Assembly: GCA_965207065.1 (NCBI GenBank)
Contig: OZ242260.1
Span: 3,104,001-3,168,000, forward strand
Reading direction: 5' to 3'
From: a bacterium
GTDB lineage: Bacteria; UBA8248
Length of the DNA: 64,000 nucleotides
Positions 41,347 through 51,595 of this stretch are shown here, one piece after another. A model generated the notes under the pieces. It did not search any database, was not told the DNA's origin, and worked only from the letters and a program-made list of their open reading frames with translations. The number at the start of each line of letters is the position of its first letter. The stretch's first letter is position 1. Made by a program: the position numbers and the translations under genes.

Positions 41347-44300
41347 ATGCCGCAAGCCCTGACGGCGGAGGTGCGTCCGCACGCCGCCCGCTCCACAGCG
41401 CCCACACAAGCAGAGACGCTCCTGGAAGCCGCCCGGACCCTGCTGCCCGTCCTGGCGGCCGGTCGTCCGCTGGATGCGAACGCGCTGCGCGACGCCATGA
41501 CGGGCGCATCAGGCGCCACCGACGCCGCGGGCGCCTGGATCTGGAAGGACGCCTACGAGGCGGCGGAAGCCGCCGTCGTGCTCTTCTTACAGCGCTACGG
41601 CCGGGCCATGAGACAAAGGGCCGGGGCCGGAGCGGGAGGTCCCGCCGCCATGCTGGCCATGCTGGAAAGAATCGCCGCCCTCGAACCCTCCCACACGAAG
41701 CGCTCCGAAGAGCAGGTGCGCCTCCAGCAGTTCTCGACCCCGCTCGGCCTGGCCTACGCCGCGGTACGCGCCGCCGCTATCCGCCCCGGCGACGTCGTCC
41801 TGGAGCCGAGCGCCGGGACCGGGATGCTGGCCGTGATGGCGCAGTGCGCGCTCGGGGGGGAAGGCGCGCTCCACCTGAACGAGATAGCGAGCGTCCGGGC
41901 CGGCCTCCTCGCCCGGCTCTTCCCCGACGCGGGCGTCACCCGCCATGACGCGGAGGCCGTCGCCGACCGCCTCCCCGGGGTTCGGCCGGACGTCGTCCTC
42001 ATGAACCCGCCGTTCTCGGCGACCCCGGGCGTCGCCAGGGTGCGTCATGACGCGGACCTCCGGCACCTGCGCTCGGCGTTTTCGGCGCTGGCCCCTGGTG
42101 GTCGCCTGGTTGCGATAACGTCGGCGGGCTGCGTCCCGGGCGATGCGGCCTGGGAGGCGGCCTTCACGTCCCCGGACTCAGCCGGCCGCGTCGTCTTCAC
42201 GACGGCAATCGACGGACGCGCCTACGCGAGGCGCGGGACCACGTTCGACACGCGCCTCACCGTGATCGAGAAGAGCGACGCGCCTGGTGTCGACATCGAT
42301 CCGCAGTCCCGCGTGATGGACGCCTCAGAACTGCTCGACGCCGTCTCGTCGCGGGTCCCGCCGCGTCCGTCATCGGAAGGCGTAGGCGAGGCGCCGCTCC
42401 GCGATCTTTTCGGGGAGACGACGGCGTCCGGGGGTAAAGCGCGCAAGACCGGGAAGAGGGACAACGGGCGGGAGGCGTCCAGACCGGCCCGCGACCCGGG
42501 TCCCGTCTCGGAACTCGCATACGAGACGGCCCCGCCGTGCGGCGAGGACGAGACGGCAGGCCCCTACGCGCCCTGGAAGCCGGGCGTCGTCCATATCCCG
42601 GGCGCCCGCGCGCATCCCACGCCCCTCGTCCAGTCCGCCGCCATGGCCGCCGTCGCGCACCCTGTACCCAAGCACCGCCCGCTGCTGCCTGAATGCGTCG
42701 TCACCGAGGGTTTGTTGTCCGACGCCCAGCTCGAGAGCGTCGTCCTGGCTGGCGAAGCCCACAACAACCACCTCTCGACCCGCTACCGGGTCGGCGCCGC
42801 CTGGGAGACGGTCCGCCGATATGAGGAGGAAGGCGAACACGCCGTGGAAGACGCCGTCACGGAGGACGGCGAAGTCCTCTCGGCGCCGGTGCGGTTCCGC
42901 CGGGGCTGGATGCTGGGCGACGGCACTGGGTGCGGCAAGGGCCGGCAGGTGGCGGCGGCCATCCTGGACAACATGCTCCGGGGGAGAAAGAGGGCGCTCT
43001 GGCTCTCGGCCTCCGCCAACCTGCTCGAGGACGCGCGCAGGGACTGGTCCGCCCTCGGGGGAAGCGCTGAGGACGTGATCCCGCTGGGCAACTTCCGCCA
43101 GGGGGCCGACATCCCGCACGAGAGCGGGGTCCTGTTCTCGACCTACGCCACGCTCAGGGCGCCGGCACGGGAGGGGAAGGCGTCGCGGCTCGAACAGGTG
43201 GTCGCCTGGCTCGCAGGGAGCCTCGAGGAGGAAGACCTCCACGGGTACGAGGGCGTGATCGTGTTCGACGAGTCCCACGCCATGGCCAACGCGGCGGGTT
43301 CCAGGGGCTCGCGCGGCGCCGTCAAACCCTCCGCCCAGGGACGGGCGGGGCTCAGGCTCCAGAACGCGCTCCCGGGCGCCCGCGTGCTCTACGTCTCGGC
43401 CACGGGCGCCACGACCGTGACCGGCCTGGCCTACGCGAGCCGCCTGGGCCTCTGGGGCGCAGGTGAGACGCCCTTCGAGAACCGGGAGGAATTCGTCTCG
43501 GCGATGGAGGCGGGCGGTGTCGCCGCCATGGAGGTGGTCGCACGGGACTTGAAGGCCTTAGGGCTGTACCAGGCGCGGGCCCTTTCGTATGAGGGGATCG
43601 AGGTCGACATCCTCGAACACCCGCTGAGTCCCGAGCAGCGGCGCATCTACGACGCCTACGCCGGCGCCTTCAAGGTCATCCACGCCAACCTCCAGGACGC
43701 GCTCGAGGCCACGGGCATCATGCAGGGAGAGGAGACGCTGAACAAAAACGCGAAGTCCGCCGCGCTCTCCGCCTTCGAGGGCGCGAAGCAGCGGTTCTTT
43801 GGCCACCTCTTGACCTCCATGAAGTGTCCCTCGCTCATCCGGGCGGTGGAGGCGGACTTGGGCGTGGGCGCCGGCCGCTCGGCCGTGATCCAGCTCGTCT
43901 CCACGGGCGAGGCCCTGATGGAGCGAAGGATCGCGGAGATCCCCTCATCCGAATGGGACGATCTATCCATCGACCTGACACCCAGGGAGTACGTGCTCGA
44001 CTTCCTCTCGCACGCCTTCCCGGTGCAACTGCAGGAGCCCTTCACCGACGATGAGGGGAACCTCATGAGCCGCCCGGCCGTCGATCCCGACGGGAACCCC
44101 GTTCTCTCCCAGGAAGCCCTGGCAAAGCGAGATGCGCTCATTGCGAAGCTGGCATCCTTGCCGCCGGTGCCATCCGCGCTGGACCAGATCGTGCACCGCT
44201 TCGGCCACGACGCCGTGGCCGAGGTCACGGGCCGCTCACGGCGCGTGCTCCGGGTCGAGGACGCGCAGGGCGAGCGGCTCGCCTTGCGGGCGCGCCCGGC

Positions 44301-45783
44301 CTCCGCTTCCCTCGCCGAGACGGCGGCCTTTATGGATGGCGAGAAACGCATCCTGGTTTTCTCGATGGCGGGCGGCACCGGGCGGAGCTACCACGCCGAC
44401 CTCTCCGCCGCCAACACGCAGCGGAGGGTCCACTACCTGCTCGAACCCGGCTGGCGGGCGGACCAGGCGATACAGGGACTGGGCCGCACCCACAGGACGC
44501 ACCAGGCCTCGGCGCCCCTGTTCCGGCCCGTGACCACCGACGTGAAGGGCGAGAAGCGCTTCATCGCCACCATCGCGCGGCGGCTCGACTCCCTGGGCGC
44601 CATCACGCGCGGACAGCGCAATTCCCAGACCGCCATGGCCGGCAGCGAGGCGACGCTCTTCCGCGCGGGCGACAACCTCGAAAGCCCCTACGCCCGGGCG
44701 GCGCTGCGCCAGTTCTACGGCGCCCTGTGGCGGGGCGGATTGCCCGGATGGTCCCTCGATCGCTTCGAGGAGGCGACCGGCTTGAAACTCACCTACGAGG
44801 GATCGCTCAAGGAGGACCTCCCGCCCATGCCGAGGTTCCTGAACCGCCTGCTCGCGCTTCCCATAGCGGAGCAGAACGCGCTGTTCGCTGAACTCGAATC
44901 CCGCGTCGAGTCCAACATCGAGGCGGCCGTCGAGGCGGGGACGTACGAGGTCGGCGTCGAGACCCTGCAAGCGGACTCGCTCACGGCGGCCGGCCGCGAG
45001 ACCCTCTACACCCACCCGGGGACGGGGGCTGCGACCGGCCTCGTCGAGATCCTCCGCCGCGACCGGCTCGTGCCCGTCACGGCGGACGCCGCGCTCGAGA
45101 CGGCCGGGAAGAGCGGCGCGCCCGCGCTCCTCATCAACGCCCGCTCGAAACGGGCGTCCGTCGTCCTGCCCGCGCCCTCAATGCTGTTCGACGACGGGGG
45201 CGTGCAGGAACGCGTAAGGCTCCTGAGGCCTGCCGCGCGGGAGGGGGTGGCGAGAGCCGAACTCGATGCCTCGAACTGGCGCGAAGCGGATGAGGCCGAA
45301 TGGCGCGCCCTCTGGGAGGCCGAAGTTGCCGGCCTGCCGCCCTACACCGAATCGCGCTTCTGGCTCGTCACCGGGCTCCTCCTGCCGGTCTGGGACCGGC
45401 TGGGGGCCGAGAACATGCGGGTGCGGCGCCTCGCCACCGACGAGGGAGAGGCGATGATCGGACGCGCCCTGGACGCAACCGGGATTCGGGCCGTGCGCGC
45501 CGCCTTCGGACTCGACGGTGGACCCTCCCTCGGCGCAGACGAGGCCTTCGACGCCGTCATGGGAAGCGGCGAGGTCCTGACCCTCGCGAACGACTGGCGC
45601 CTCGCGCGCCGCCGCATCATGGGAGCGCAGCGCCTGGAGATCGAAGGCCCCGACGACCGCCACCTCACAGCCCTCAAGCGCGCGGGCTGTACGGTCGAGA
45701 TCGTCTCCTGGAGAGCGCGGGTCTTCGCGCCCGACGCATCCGTCCTCGGCCGCGTCCTCGAGAACCGGCCCCTCGCGAGTTGA
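41347..45783 (+). CDS. Strawberry-notch-like methyltransferase/helicase
   Basis: MTase motifs VLEPSAGTG and NPPF; SF2 motifs GDGTGCGKGRQ, DESH, SAT, QGLGRTHR. Confidence 0.9.
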   Translation: MPQALTAEVRPHAARSTAPTQAETLLEAARTLLPVLAAGRPLDANALRDAMTGASGATDAAGAWIWKDAYEAAEAAVVLFLQRYGRAMRQRAGAGAGGPAAMLAMLERIAALEPSHTKRSEEQVRLQQFSTPLGLAYAAVRAAAIRPGDVVLEPSAGTGMLAVMAQCALGGEGALHLNEIASVRAGLLARLFPDAGVTRHDAEAVADRLPGVRPDVVLMNPPFSATPGVARVRHDADLRHLRSAFSALAPGGRLVAITSAGCVPGDAAWEAAFTSPDSAGRVVFTTAIDGRAYARRGTTFDTRLTVIEKSDAPGVDIDPQSRVMDASELLDAVSSRVPPRPSSEGVGEAPLRDLFGETTASGGKARKTGKRDNGREASRPARDPGPVSELAYETAPPCGEDETAGPYAPWKPGVVHIPGARAHPTPLVQSAAMAAVAHPVPKHRPLLPECVVTEGLLSDAQLESVVLAGEAHNNHLSTRYRVGAAWETVRRYEEEGEHAVEDAVTEDGEVLSAPVRFRRGWMLGDGTGCGKGRQVAAAILDNMLRGRKRALWLSASANLLEDARRDWSALGGSAEDVIPLGNFRQGADIPHESGVLFSTYATLRAPAREGKASRLEQVVAWLAGSLEEEDLHGYEGVIVFDESHAMANAAGSRGSRGAVKPSAQGRAGLRLQNALPGARVLYVSATGATTVTGLAYASRLGLWGAGETPFENREEFVSAMEAGGVAAMEVVARDLKALGLYQARALSYEGIEVDILEHPLSPEQRRIYDAYAGAFKVIHANLQDALEATGIMQGEETLNKNAKSAALSAFEGAKQRFFGHLLTSMKCPSLIRAVEADLGVGAGRSAVIQLVSTGEALMERRIAEIPSSEWDDLSIDLTPREYVLDFLSHAFPVQLQEPFTDDEGNLMSRPAVDPDGNPVLSQEALAKRDALIAKLASLPPVPSALDQIVHRFGHDAVAEVTGRSRRVLRVEDAQGERLALRARPASASLAETAAFMDGEKRILVFSMAGGTGRSYHADLSAANTQRRVHYLLEPGWRADQAIQGLGRTHRTHQASAPLFRPVTTDVKGEKRFIATIARRLDSLGAITRGQRNSQTAMAGSEATLFRAGDNLESPYARAALRQFYGALWRGGLPGWSLDRFEEATGLKLTYEGSLKEDLPPMPRFLNRLLALPIAEQNALFAELESRVESNIEAAVEAGTYEVGVETLQADSLTAAGRETLYTHPGTGAATGLVEILRRDRLVPVTADAALETAGKSGAPALLINARSKRASVVLPAPSMLFDDGGVQERVRLLRPAAREGVARAELDASNWREADEAEWRALWEAEVAGLPPYTESRFWLVTGLLLPVWDRLGAENMRVRRLATDEGEAMIGRALDATGIRAVRAAFGLDGGPSLGADEAFDAVMGSGEVLTLANDWRLARRRIMGAQRLEIEGPDDRHLTALKRAGCTVEIVSWRARVFAPDASVLGRVLENRPLAS

Positions 45784-45916
45784 ACCCGCACGTGCAGCCG
45801 GCCCGCATACGTATGGCCGGGGGGGAGGCGCCGTCCGTATCCATATCGCCGTCCACCCGGCGTCAATCGCCGGGGTGCGGCCTCTGATTCCGACATCACC
45901 CAAGGGAGTCCGTTTC

Positions 45917-46177
45917 ATGACCTCACACACACTGCCGGAAAACCCCGACTTCGCCTTCTGCCCGGCCTACGGTCCGGCCGACGCGCCGCAGGAGATACGG
46001 CTCGTCATCGACGGTATGGCCGGAAACATCCCCACCGCCATTGTCGCTTTGACCCTGGAAGACGCCGAGCGTTTCTGCGATCACCTGAACGCCCGCCTCG
46101 GGATGGACCGGGAGGCCTGGTCCGCCCTGGCCGCGCGAACAATGGGTCCGGCGCAGGACGACGAAGTCGCCGGTTGA
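45917..46177 (+). CDS. Hypothetical protein
   Basis: GGGAG RBS; co-oriented with the backbone. Confidence 0.55.
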   Translation: MTSHTLPENPDFAFCPAYGPADAPQEIRLVIDGMAGNIPTAIVALTLEDAERFCDHLNARLGMDREAWSALAARTMGPAQDDEVAG

Positions 46178-46269
46178 GCCGCCCTCATTGCAATGCAGCC
46201 GGCCCGGTGATGCCGGAGGACGCTCACGCGCCGGCTCTTTTTATGCTCATACTCCAGAGGAGGTCCACC

Positions 46270-47244
46270 ATGTCCCGAACACCATCTCCCGCGGCCGGGA
46301 TCGCCGCCGCGCTCGCCTCTCGCGCCGAGGAGGTCTGCCGCCGCTATCTGCCCCGGGGCAAGAAGCAGGGCCGCTACTGGGTCGCGGGCGACGTCGACGG
46401 CTCGCCCGGGCGCTCGCTCTTCGTCCGCCTCGAGCCTCCGGGCGCGCCCGGCAAGTGGAGCGACGCGGCCACCGGGGAGCATGGCGACCTGCTCGATCTC
46501 ATTCGCTGCCGAAGCGCTGCGTCCACGCTCCGCGCGGCCATGGACGAGGCCCGCACCTTCCTCGCCCTGCCTGCCCCTCATCTGCCGGACGGGGGGCCGC
46601 CATACGACGCGAGGGAAGCGGCGCGGCGCATCTGGCGGAGTTGCCGCCCGATTGAGGGCGCCCCGGCCGAGGCCTACCTCCGCGCCCGGGGCATCACGCG
46701 GTTCCGCTTCCCCTCCCTGCGATTCCACCCGGCGCTCTACCACCGCGAAGCTGATCGCCGGCTGCCCGCCCTGGTCGCCGCCGTGACCGACACCGAAGGC
46801 GCGCTCCACGGGGTGCACCGCACCTGGATCGATCCCGGTGCGCAGGCCAAGGCCGGCGTCCTCCCCTCCCGCAAGGCGCTCGGCCGGGTATTCGGGCGCG
46901 CCGTGCGCTTCGGAGTCCACGGGCCCACCCTCCTGGTCGGGGAGGGCGTCGAGACCGTGCTCTCGATCGTCACCGCGACGCCCCGGGTTCCCGCCGCGGC
47001 CGCCCTCTCCGCCGGCAGCCTCGGCGCATTCGTCCCACCCGAGGGGGTCACCCGCCTCGTTATCGCCCGGGACAACGACGTGGAAGGCGAGGTCGCGGCG
47101 GATCGCCTGGCCAAACGCTGCGCACGGGCGAGCGTCGCGGCCACGGTCATCGTCTCCGAGCGCGGCGACTTCAACGACGACCTCGCTGCGCTCGGCGCCG
47201 ACGTCCTCGCCGCACGGCTCGGGCCGTTCTTCCGCTTCGCGTGA
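46270..47244 (+). CDS. Toprim-domain primase-like protein
   Basis: GKWSDAATGEHGDLLDL, YLRARGI, GVHRTW, VGEGVET, ARDND, DFND. Confidence 0.85.
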   Translation: MSRTPSPAAGIAAALASRAEEVCRRYLPRGKKQGRYWVAGDVDGSPGRSLFVRLEPPGAPGKWSDAATGEHGDLLDLIRCRSAASTLRAAMDEARTFLALPAPHLPDGGPPYDAREAARRIWRSCRPIEGAPAEAYLRARGITRFRFPSLRFHPALYHREADRRLPALVAAVTDTEGALHGVHRTWIDPGAQAKAGVLPSRKALGRVFGRAVRFGVHGPTLLVGEGVETVLSIVTATPRVPAAAALSAGSLGAFVPPEGVTRLVIARDNDVEGEVAADRLAKRCARASVAATVIVSERGDFNDDLAALGADVLAARLGPFFRFA

Positions 47245-47316
47245 GTCGGAGAGGAGCGGGCCTGAGCGGGGAGGGATTGTTTGACGACCGCCGCCCTGCT
47301 GCGCAGCCGGCCGGTT

Positions 47317-47676
47317 TCAGTCCGGCTCGGGGAGCCACCACCAAGCCAGCCAGGCCGGGAGGCTGGTCACGACCGCCCAGGCGGCTATCGAGAGCGGGCC
47401 GGGCAGTCCCGCCACCAAGGACGCCGTCACCGCGCCGAGCCCCGTCCCCATCGCCCAGGCGGATCGACGGTAACCCAGCCGCCATATCAGCCGGCATGCC
47501 AGGGCGAGCGGCAGACCGCACGGCGCCAGTGCCGCCGCCGATTCCGGCAACATCGGCGTCCAGGCCTCGGGCGCCGTCCAGAAGAGCACGGCGGCGGTCA
47601 CGAACACCCCGAGCGGCAGCCACAAGAGCGCCGGCGCCCAGAAGCCGCACCCCTCGATGCGTCTGCGGTTGTCCAT
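47317..47676 (-). CDS. Small membrane protein
   Basis: About four hydrophobic segments; antisense to the backbone. Confidence 0.5.
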   Translation of the reverse strand: MDNRRRIEGCGFWAPALLWLPLGVFVTAAVLFWTAPEAWTPMLPESAAALAPCGLPLALACRLIWRLGYRRSAWAMGTGLGAVTASLVAGLPGPLSIAAWAVVTSLPAWLAWWWLPEPD

Positions 47677-47916
47677 GTCTCATCTGACCCGAATTCCAGA
47701 GCGGGCGCAAGCCGGGGGGTATCCATGTGCGCCTGTGTTAAGGGCAGCCTGGCGGGGACGGTGGCCGCGCAAGGTCCGTGGGCGGTCAGTCACCGGTCGT
47801 GAACCGCCTTCGTAGAGGAAGAGCGAAGCGGGGAGCCGGGCAAATGCCCGGTAGGGAGAGGGAGACGGTCTCCAGCTCCCGCTGCCGGGCACGACAACCC
47901 GAGAGGAGGCTTGGCC

Positions 47917-48048
47917 ATGTACGAGAACGACTACGACGTCGACGTTCCCACCGCGGACGAACTGCTCGCAGAACTCGGACTCGACGCGTACACGATCCGC
48001 CAGCTGCGCGCCGAGGCGGACGGCGAAGTGGAGTTTTGCAGCGTGTAG
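47917..48048 (+). CDS. 43-aa acidic small protein (not in the ORF track)
   Basis: GAGAGGAGG RBS; MYENDYDVDVPTADELLAELGLDAYTIRQLRAEADGEVEFCSV. Confidence 0.6.
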   Translation: MYENDYDVDVPTADELLAELGLDAYTIRQLRAEADGEVEFCSV

Positions 48049-48124
48049 GGCGAACCGGGGGGCGGAGAGAATGGCTCTCTCCCTCCTGTCACTTTTTCAC
48101 ACTCTCACTACAAGGAGAATCACC

Positions 48125-48556
48125 ATGGCATTCGGACTCAACAGAGCAGAACTGATCGGGCGTCTCGGCGCCGACGTCACCATCAACCATCTCGCGAGTG
48201 GCGGGCGCGTCGCGAATCTCTCGATCGCCACGGACGAGGGCTACGTCGACAAGCAGTCCGGCGACCGGGTGGACAAGACCGAGTGGCACCGGGTCGTGAC
48301 CTTCCAGCCCGGGCTGGTGGACATGTTTGAGAAGCACGCGAAGAAGGGACGCCTGGTCTACGTGGCGGGCAAGCTCCAGACACGCCGCTGGAAGAAGGAC
48401 GAGGAGGACTCGGACCGGTTCTCGACCGAGATCCTCATCGCGCCCGGCGGGCGGGTGCAGTTCCTGGAGAAGATGAACGGGAACGGCAATGGCAACGGCG
48501 CGCACCCCGAAGAGGCTGTGCCCGCAGGCGTAGTGGGCGAAGACATTCCATTCTGA
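48125..48556 (+). CDS. ssb: Single-stranded DNA-binding protein
   Basis: LNRAELIGRLG, TEWHRVV, KGRLVYVAGKLQTR, C-terminal DIPF. Confidence 0.95.
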   Translation: MAFGLNRAELIGRLGADVTINHLASGGRVANLSIATDEGYVDKQSGDRVDKTEWHRVVTFQPGLVDMFEKHAKKGRLVYVAGKLQTRRWKKDEEDSDRFSTEILIAPGGRVQFLEKMNGNGNGNGAHPEEAVPAGVVGEDIPF

Positions 48557-48565
48557 TCACCCCGG

Positions 48566-48598
48566 GGGGTCGGCGTTACGGCGCCGGCCCCTTTTTTT
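48566..48598 (+). terminator. Intrinsic terminator after ssb
   Basis: ggggtcggcg...cgccggcccc hairpin followed by a T-run. Confidence 0.65.
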
Positions 48599-49163
48599 GC
48601 TTGTTATCCAGAGGAGGTCCGTCATGCCCCGAACACCCTCTCCCGCGTCTTTCCCTCCCTGTCGGCTTCTCTCGTCTACAGGGAACACCCGGAAAATCTC
48701 CGGTTCCGTGAACGGTAAACCATGTTCACGGAAGATCGGCTTGCGCCTGCAATCACCGCATACCCTGGACAGTGGCTCGGTCCACCCCCCGCTGCGGGAA
48801 TTCCGGGCCGGAAAAACGGCCCGAAATGACCCTTTCCGCAGCATGAAGGGATGTTTCCCGATGAGCTTCGCCTTCATCGTGAAACACCAGAGGCTCTTGT
48901 GTCCCGGTGGCGATACTAGTGTCTCTCTCTTAGCGTCCTCATTTTAGCACGAACGCCGAGCGAATAAAGGGTGGCCGCAGGCGGCCATCATTTGCCGGTA
49001 CCCCCCAAAAAACGATGAACCGTGTTTTTCGGGAACCCCCCGGAAAATGACGAGCCCTTGATTCGCCCGCCTACGGGCGCCGGATACACCGACCGGCGCC
49101 CTTACGTGCTGAAAATGGGACGCTAAGAAGCGCATCCGTTAACTCTCTGGAAAGGAGAAAGGC

Positions 49164-49538
49164 ATGGAAACCACCGTGGTGAACCTGAACGAATATGTGG
49201 CGCCCCAGTTCGGAGGCGGCTTGCTGGTGAGGATCGACCGCATGACGAAGTGGGGAAATCCCTTCCGTATCGGCGCCGACGGCGACCGCGACGAAGTCAT
49301 CGAGAAATACCGGCGATGGCTGTGGAAAAAAATCCGGCAGGAGGAGGTGAACCTCTACGAACTCGCCGACCTCCTCGGCTGCGAGCTCGGCTGCCACTGC
49401 CATCCCCTCCCGTGCCACGGCGACGTCCTCGCGCGCGCCGCCGAGTGGGCAGCCAAATATCTCGACGAGATGCCCAAAGAAGTGAAGCGGGACGATCTCG
49501 GCTACGCGCTGCCCCAATACAACCATCCCCTCGCTTGA
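49164..49538 (+). CDS. DUF4326 family protein
   Basis: IDRMTKWGNPF, LGCHCHPLPCHGDVL. Confidence 0.85.
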   Translation: METTVVNLNEYVAPQFGGGLLVRIDRMTKWGNPFRIGADGDRDEVIEKYRRWLWKKIRQEEVNLYELADLLGCELGCHCHPLPCHGDVLARAAEWAAKYLDEMPKEVKRDDLGYALPQYNHPLA

Positions 49539-49588
49539 GGACAACCGAACCAACGGCTGAAAAACCCAATCACTGAAAGGAGTGAACG

Positions 49589-50548
49589 ATGACTGCCACC
49601 GCGACTCACGACCACAAGGAGATGAACATGAACGAGCACAGCGAACACGAAGCGCAGAACGAATCCTTCACCGCCATGGTCTGCGAGCAGGCCGCCCTGT
49701 TCGGCGCCACGCCCGGGCCGGACGAGTTCGACAACCGCCCCGTGTGGGGCGAGGGCGAAGCCACCGCCGCCGTCATCAAGGCCTTCTGCGCACTCGCGGA
49801 AGCCGCACCCGACGGCACGCAGCTCGCGGATGAGCGGGCGAACCTCCTCTGGGGATTCGTCAACACCCTCGACGCCCAGACACAGCGGCTCGACCGCGCC
49901 GCCGACAAACTCATCCCCGGGGTCCGCGAACTGCAGCGCGAGCAGGACGGCTCCGAGATCCGCTCGCGCGAACTCGAACTCATGACCGACAGGGCCGAGA
50001 ATCTCACCGCCCGGCGCGATGCGTTCGAGGGGCTCCGTGACGCCGCCGCAGAGGCCTACCGCGCGGAGACCGGCGAGGTATGGCGGCCGAGGCGAGGCTC
50101 CCACGTCTCCCAGACCGGCAAGCTGACTTCCGCCGTCATCGAGGCCCGCGACTTCCAGCGCGCCAGAAAGGACCGCGAGAGCACCGCCCACCTCCCCCAG
50201 GGAACCCTCGTCGCCGTCGCGGGCGGCAAGGAGGCGAGCGACGCCGGCAAAATCATCGCGCATCTCGACAAGGTCAAGGCCAAGTACGCCGACGTCGTCC
50301 TCGTCCACGGCGGCGGCCCCGGTGCTGAGAAGATAGCGGCGGGATGGGCCGAGCGGAACGGCGTCCACCAGGTCGTCTGCAAGCCCGACTGGGACGCCCA
50401 CGGCAGGGCCGCTCCCTTCCGCAGGAACGACGAACTCCTCGCACTCCTGCCCAAGGGCGTGGTCGCGTTCCCCGGGTCGGGCATCACCGACAACCTCGTC
50501 GACAAGGCCCGCACCCTCGGCATCCCCGTCCAGAAAATCGCCGCCTGA
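49589..50548 (+). CDS. DUF2493 / YspA-like SLOG domain protein
   Basis: VAVAGG, LVHGG..GAEKIAAGWA, FRRND, VAFPG; start may be 49622 or 49628. Confidence 0.8.
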   Translation: MTATATHDHKEMNMNEHSEHEAQNESFTAMVCEQAALFGATPGPDEFDNRPVWGEGEATAAVIKAFCALAEAAPDGTQLADERANLLWGFVNTLDAQTQRLDRAADKLIPGVRELQREQDGSEIRSRELELMTDRAENLTARRDAFEGLRDAAAEAYRAETGEVWRPRRGSHVSQTGKLTSAVIEARDFQRARKDRESTAHLPQGTLVAVAGGKEASDAGKIIAHLDKVKAKYADVVLVHGGGPGAEKIAAGWAERNGVHQVVCKPDWDAHGRAAPFRRNDELLALLPKGVVAFPGSGITDNLVDKARTLGIPVQKIAA

Positions 50549-51150
50549 CGTGAACGCTCCACGGGTCGCGTCGCCGCCCGGCGGCGCGGCCCGTCGCCTC
50601 TCTCCTCGTTCACTCCACCGCACCTCTCCTGATTGCCCCGCTCGTCTTCACCCGCTCACTCGCCGCGGCGGCTCCCGCTCGCCATTCTCTCCGGCGAAAA
50701 TTCCCTCGACTCGCGTTCCCAAGAATCCCTGCGCTAGCCGCCCTTCGGCGTTTCGTTCAGTACACCCGACGCAGCGGGCTGCACCGATTGCTGAGTCTGC
50801 GAAATACCGCGTTCCCCTGCGCCCTGCTGTTATGATTCATCCCCTAGCGCATCCTTGTCGTGCCGGTAAAAGTGCGTCGCATTTGCGACGAACCTCGATC
50901 TGGACAACAATATCAATAGGTTAGAGGGAGGTCTGATGCGCTTTTACGGTGCAGGTTCTCCGCCAGATACCAATTGCGTCGCAGACCGGGGTGCGCGTGG
51001 ATATGATCCCTCCTTGCAAGCGTCGCAAATGCGACGCAAGACACAGATGCGCAAGGCCATGACCAGTCGGCGAAACCCGGCCTAGGAGTTTGGTGCGCGT
51101 TCGGTGTTTCAGCTTCGAAAAGGTGCCGGCGGGAGTCGAAAACATCTCAC

Positions 51151-51531
51151 ATGAACGACCATTCGGTGGATAAAACAGGGGAAAAAGGCATGGGAAAAAC
51201 GATCAACAAGCACATCCGCGTCGACGAAGATCACTGGAAACGAATTGAAAATGCCGCTCATGAGCGGGGGATTTCCCCGAGCCGGTTCATGATCTCGGCG
51301 GCGCTCGAGGCGATCAAGGGACAGGAATGGCCGCGAACTGAGGCGGAAATCCATCTGTTGCGCTCGGCGATGTTCACCGCACAGGCCATCATCCGCGACA
51401 TGGAGAGGGAAGGACGAGAGGAGGAGATCGAACAAATCAGTCGGACTATCTCCGAAGTCGCGCCGGAATTGCCACGCAAATCGAGGAAGGACCCGCAAGA
51501 GCGGACGAATACGGGGAGCGGTAACCCGTGA
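51151..51531 (+). CDS. Small ribbon-helix-helix-like DNA-binding protein
   Basis: KHIRVDEDHWKRIENAAHERGISPSRFM pattern. Confidence 0.6.
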   Translation: MNDHSVDKTGEKGMGKTINKHIRVDEDHWKRIENAAHERGISPSRFMISAALEAIKGQEWPRTEAEIHLLRSAMFTAQAIIRDMEREGREEEIEQISRTISEVAPELPRKSRKDPQERTNTGSGNP

Positions 51532-51595
51532 GTCGATTTCCCCGATCCAGATGTTTAAGCTGAGTCAAGCTACACATATTGATGAAGATAAGATC

